Shown here piece by piece: positions 22,999 to 24,000 of a stretch of DNA of 24,000 nt (within the stretch, counting starts at the first letter, position 1; every line of letters begins with the position of its first letter). The translations under genes were made by a program, and so were the position numbers. The stretch covers positions 57,464 to 81,463 of the forward strand of contig JAZRRZ010000021.1 in assembly GCA_045651185.1 (NCBI GenBank). The letters run 5' to 3'. This DNA comes from Christensenellaceae bacterium. GTDB lineage: Bacteria; Bacillota; Clostridia; Christensenellales; Borkfalkiaceae. The notes under the pieces were generated by a model, which worked only from the letters and a program-made list of their open reading frames with translations, had not been told where the DNA came from and did no database searches.

Positions 22999-24000
22999 TT
23001 AACCCCTTTTTTTTGGCACTAAGCCAACCTTTTTATAAACTTTAGAAAGCGTTCTATAAGCAAGTCTTTCAGCCCTTTCTGCACCATTTTTAAGCACTTC
23101 ATCTAAATATGCTTTATCATTAAGCAACTTATTCTTTTCTTGTCTTATAGGATCTATAACATCACAAACAGCCCTGCCAACTGCAAGTTTAAAGTCGCCA
23201 TAGCCAACGCCTTCAAATTCTCTTTCAGCCTCTTCAATTGTCTTATTAGTAAACGCCGTATAAATAGATAAAAGATTGCTTATACCAGGCTTTTCTGGCG
23301 AATAAATAATTTTATTATCACTATCTGTGACTGCCCTTTTGAATTTTCTAATAATTGTATCAGGGTCATCATCCATAGATATAAACGCATTTAAGTTTGC
23401 ATCAGACTTACTCATCTTTCTTTCAGGCTCAGCCAAACTCATAACCCTTGCGCAAGATTTTCCAATATATCCTTCTGGAACTTTAAACGTTTCTCCAAAT
23501 CTATTGTTAAAACGAATTGCAAGGTCTCTAGCAAGTTCAAGGTGTTGTTTTTGGTCTGCACCAATTGGAACAAGTTCAGTTTGATATAATAAAATATCTG
23601 CAGCCATTAAAACAGGATAATCCATTAGCCCCATATTGATATTATCTTCATGCTTTTGGCTCTTATCCTTAAACTGTGTCATCCTTGAAAGTTCACCAGG
23701 ATAACAAATGGTGTTTAAAATCCAAGCAAGTTCAGCGTGTGCTGACACGTGTGATTGTGCAAATAATATAGATTGGTCAGCCTTGATTCCACATGCTAAA
23801 TATAGCGCAGTCAATTCATATGTATTTTTTCTTAAAACGGCTGGGTCCTGTTTAACTGTTAACGTGTGTAGGTCAGCAATAGAAAACACGCTATTATAAT
23901 CGTCTTGTAATTTTCTAAAATTTCTAAGAGCGCCCAAGTAATTACCTATTGTTAATATCCCACTTGGTTGTATTGCACTAAATAATATTTTCTTATCTTC
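22999..24000 (-). CDS. trpS: Tryptophan--tRNA ligase (5-prime end beyond window)
   Basis: KMSKS loop (RKMSKSD) and a class I fold sequence. The reading frame continues upstream of the track start: 23938-24000 reads ...EDKKILFSAIQPSGILTIGNYLGAL, so the gene runs past the window end. Confidence 0.9.
   Translation of the reverse strand, partial: EDKKILFSAIQPSGILTIGNYLGALRNFRKLQDDYNSVFSIADLHTLTVKQDPAVLRKNTYELTALYLACGIKADQSILFAQSHVSAHAELAWILNTICYPGELSRMTQFKDKSQKHEDNINMGLMDYPVLMAADILLYQTELVPIGADQKQHLELARDLAIRFNNRFGETFKVPEGYIGKSCARVMSLAEPERKMSKSDANLNAFISMDDDPDTIIRKFKRAVTDSDNKIIYSPEKPGISNLLSIYTAFTNKTIEEAEREFEGVGYGDFKLAVGRAVCDVIDPIRQEKNKLLNDKAYLDEVLKNGAERAERLAYRTLSKVYKKVGLVPKKRG

Overview
AT-rich Firmicutes/Clostridia-style chromosomal segment in which every gene I can support is on the minus strand. 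Housekeeping flanks: recR-ybaB-dnaX-sigH-rlmB-mrnC and cwlD on the left (1-4890); a tightly overlapping trpS / DUF5685-like / HPD-less J-like / membrane / rlmD-like string on the right (19612-24000). Between them lies a ~14.5 kb accessory island (about 4.9-19.4 kb). It has a large serine recombinase with a small helical partner at its left edge and an XRE regulator at its right edge. Read in the direction of transcription, the cargo is: XRE + BroN-Fic fusion; an orphan proteasome/HslV-like Ntn hydrolase directly upstream of an overlapping Type III R-M pair (mod/res, visibly more GC-rich); then an AT-richer five-gene string (single-pass membrane beta-sandwich-like protein, TM-less KAP P-loop NTPase, TIGR02391/Hypoth_Ymh protein, RES-domain protein, Hanks-type Ser/Thr kinase with an unknown N-terminal domain). 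A 1.25 kb ORF-free stretch (7113-8363) follows, holding several promoter/terminator units, a phased 11-bp-register repeat array and nested palindromes. The best candidates for an undescribed system are the RES-kinase pair, the membrane/KAP/TIGR02391 trio (possibly one five-gene operon with the pair) and the orphan Ntn hydrolase coupled to the Type III R-M. All domain calls come from motif recognition by eye; no database search was possible.
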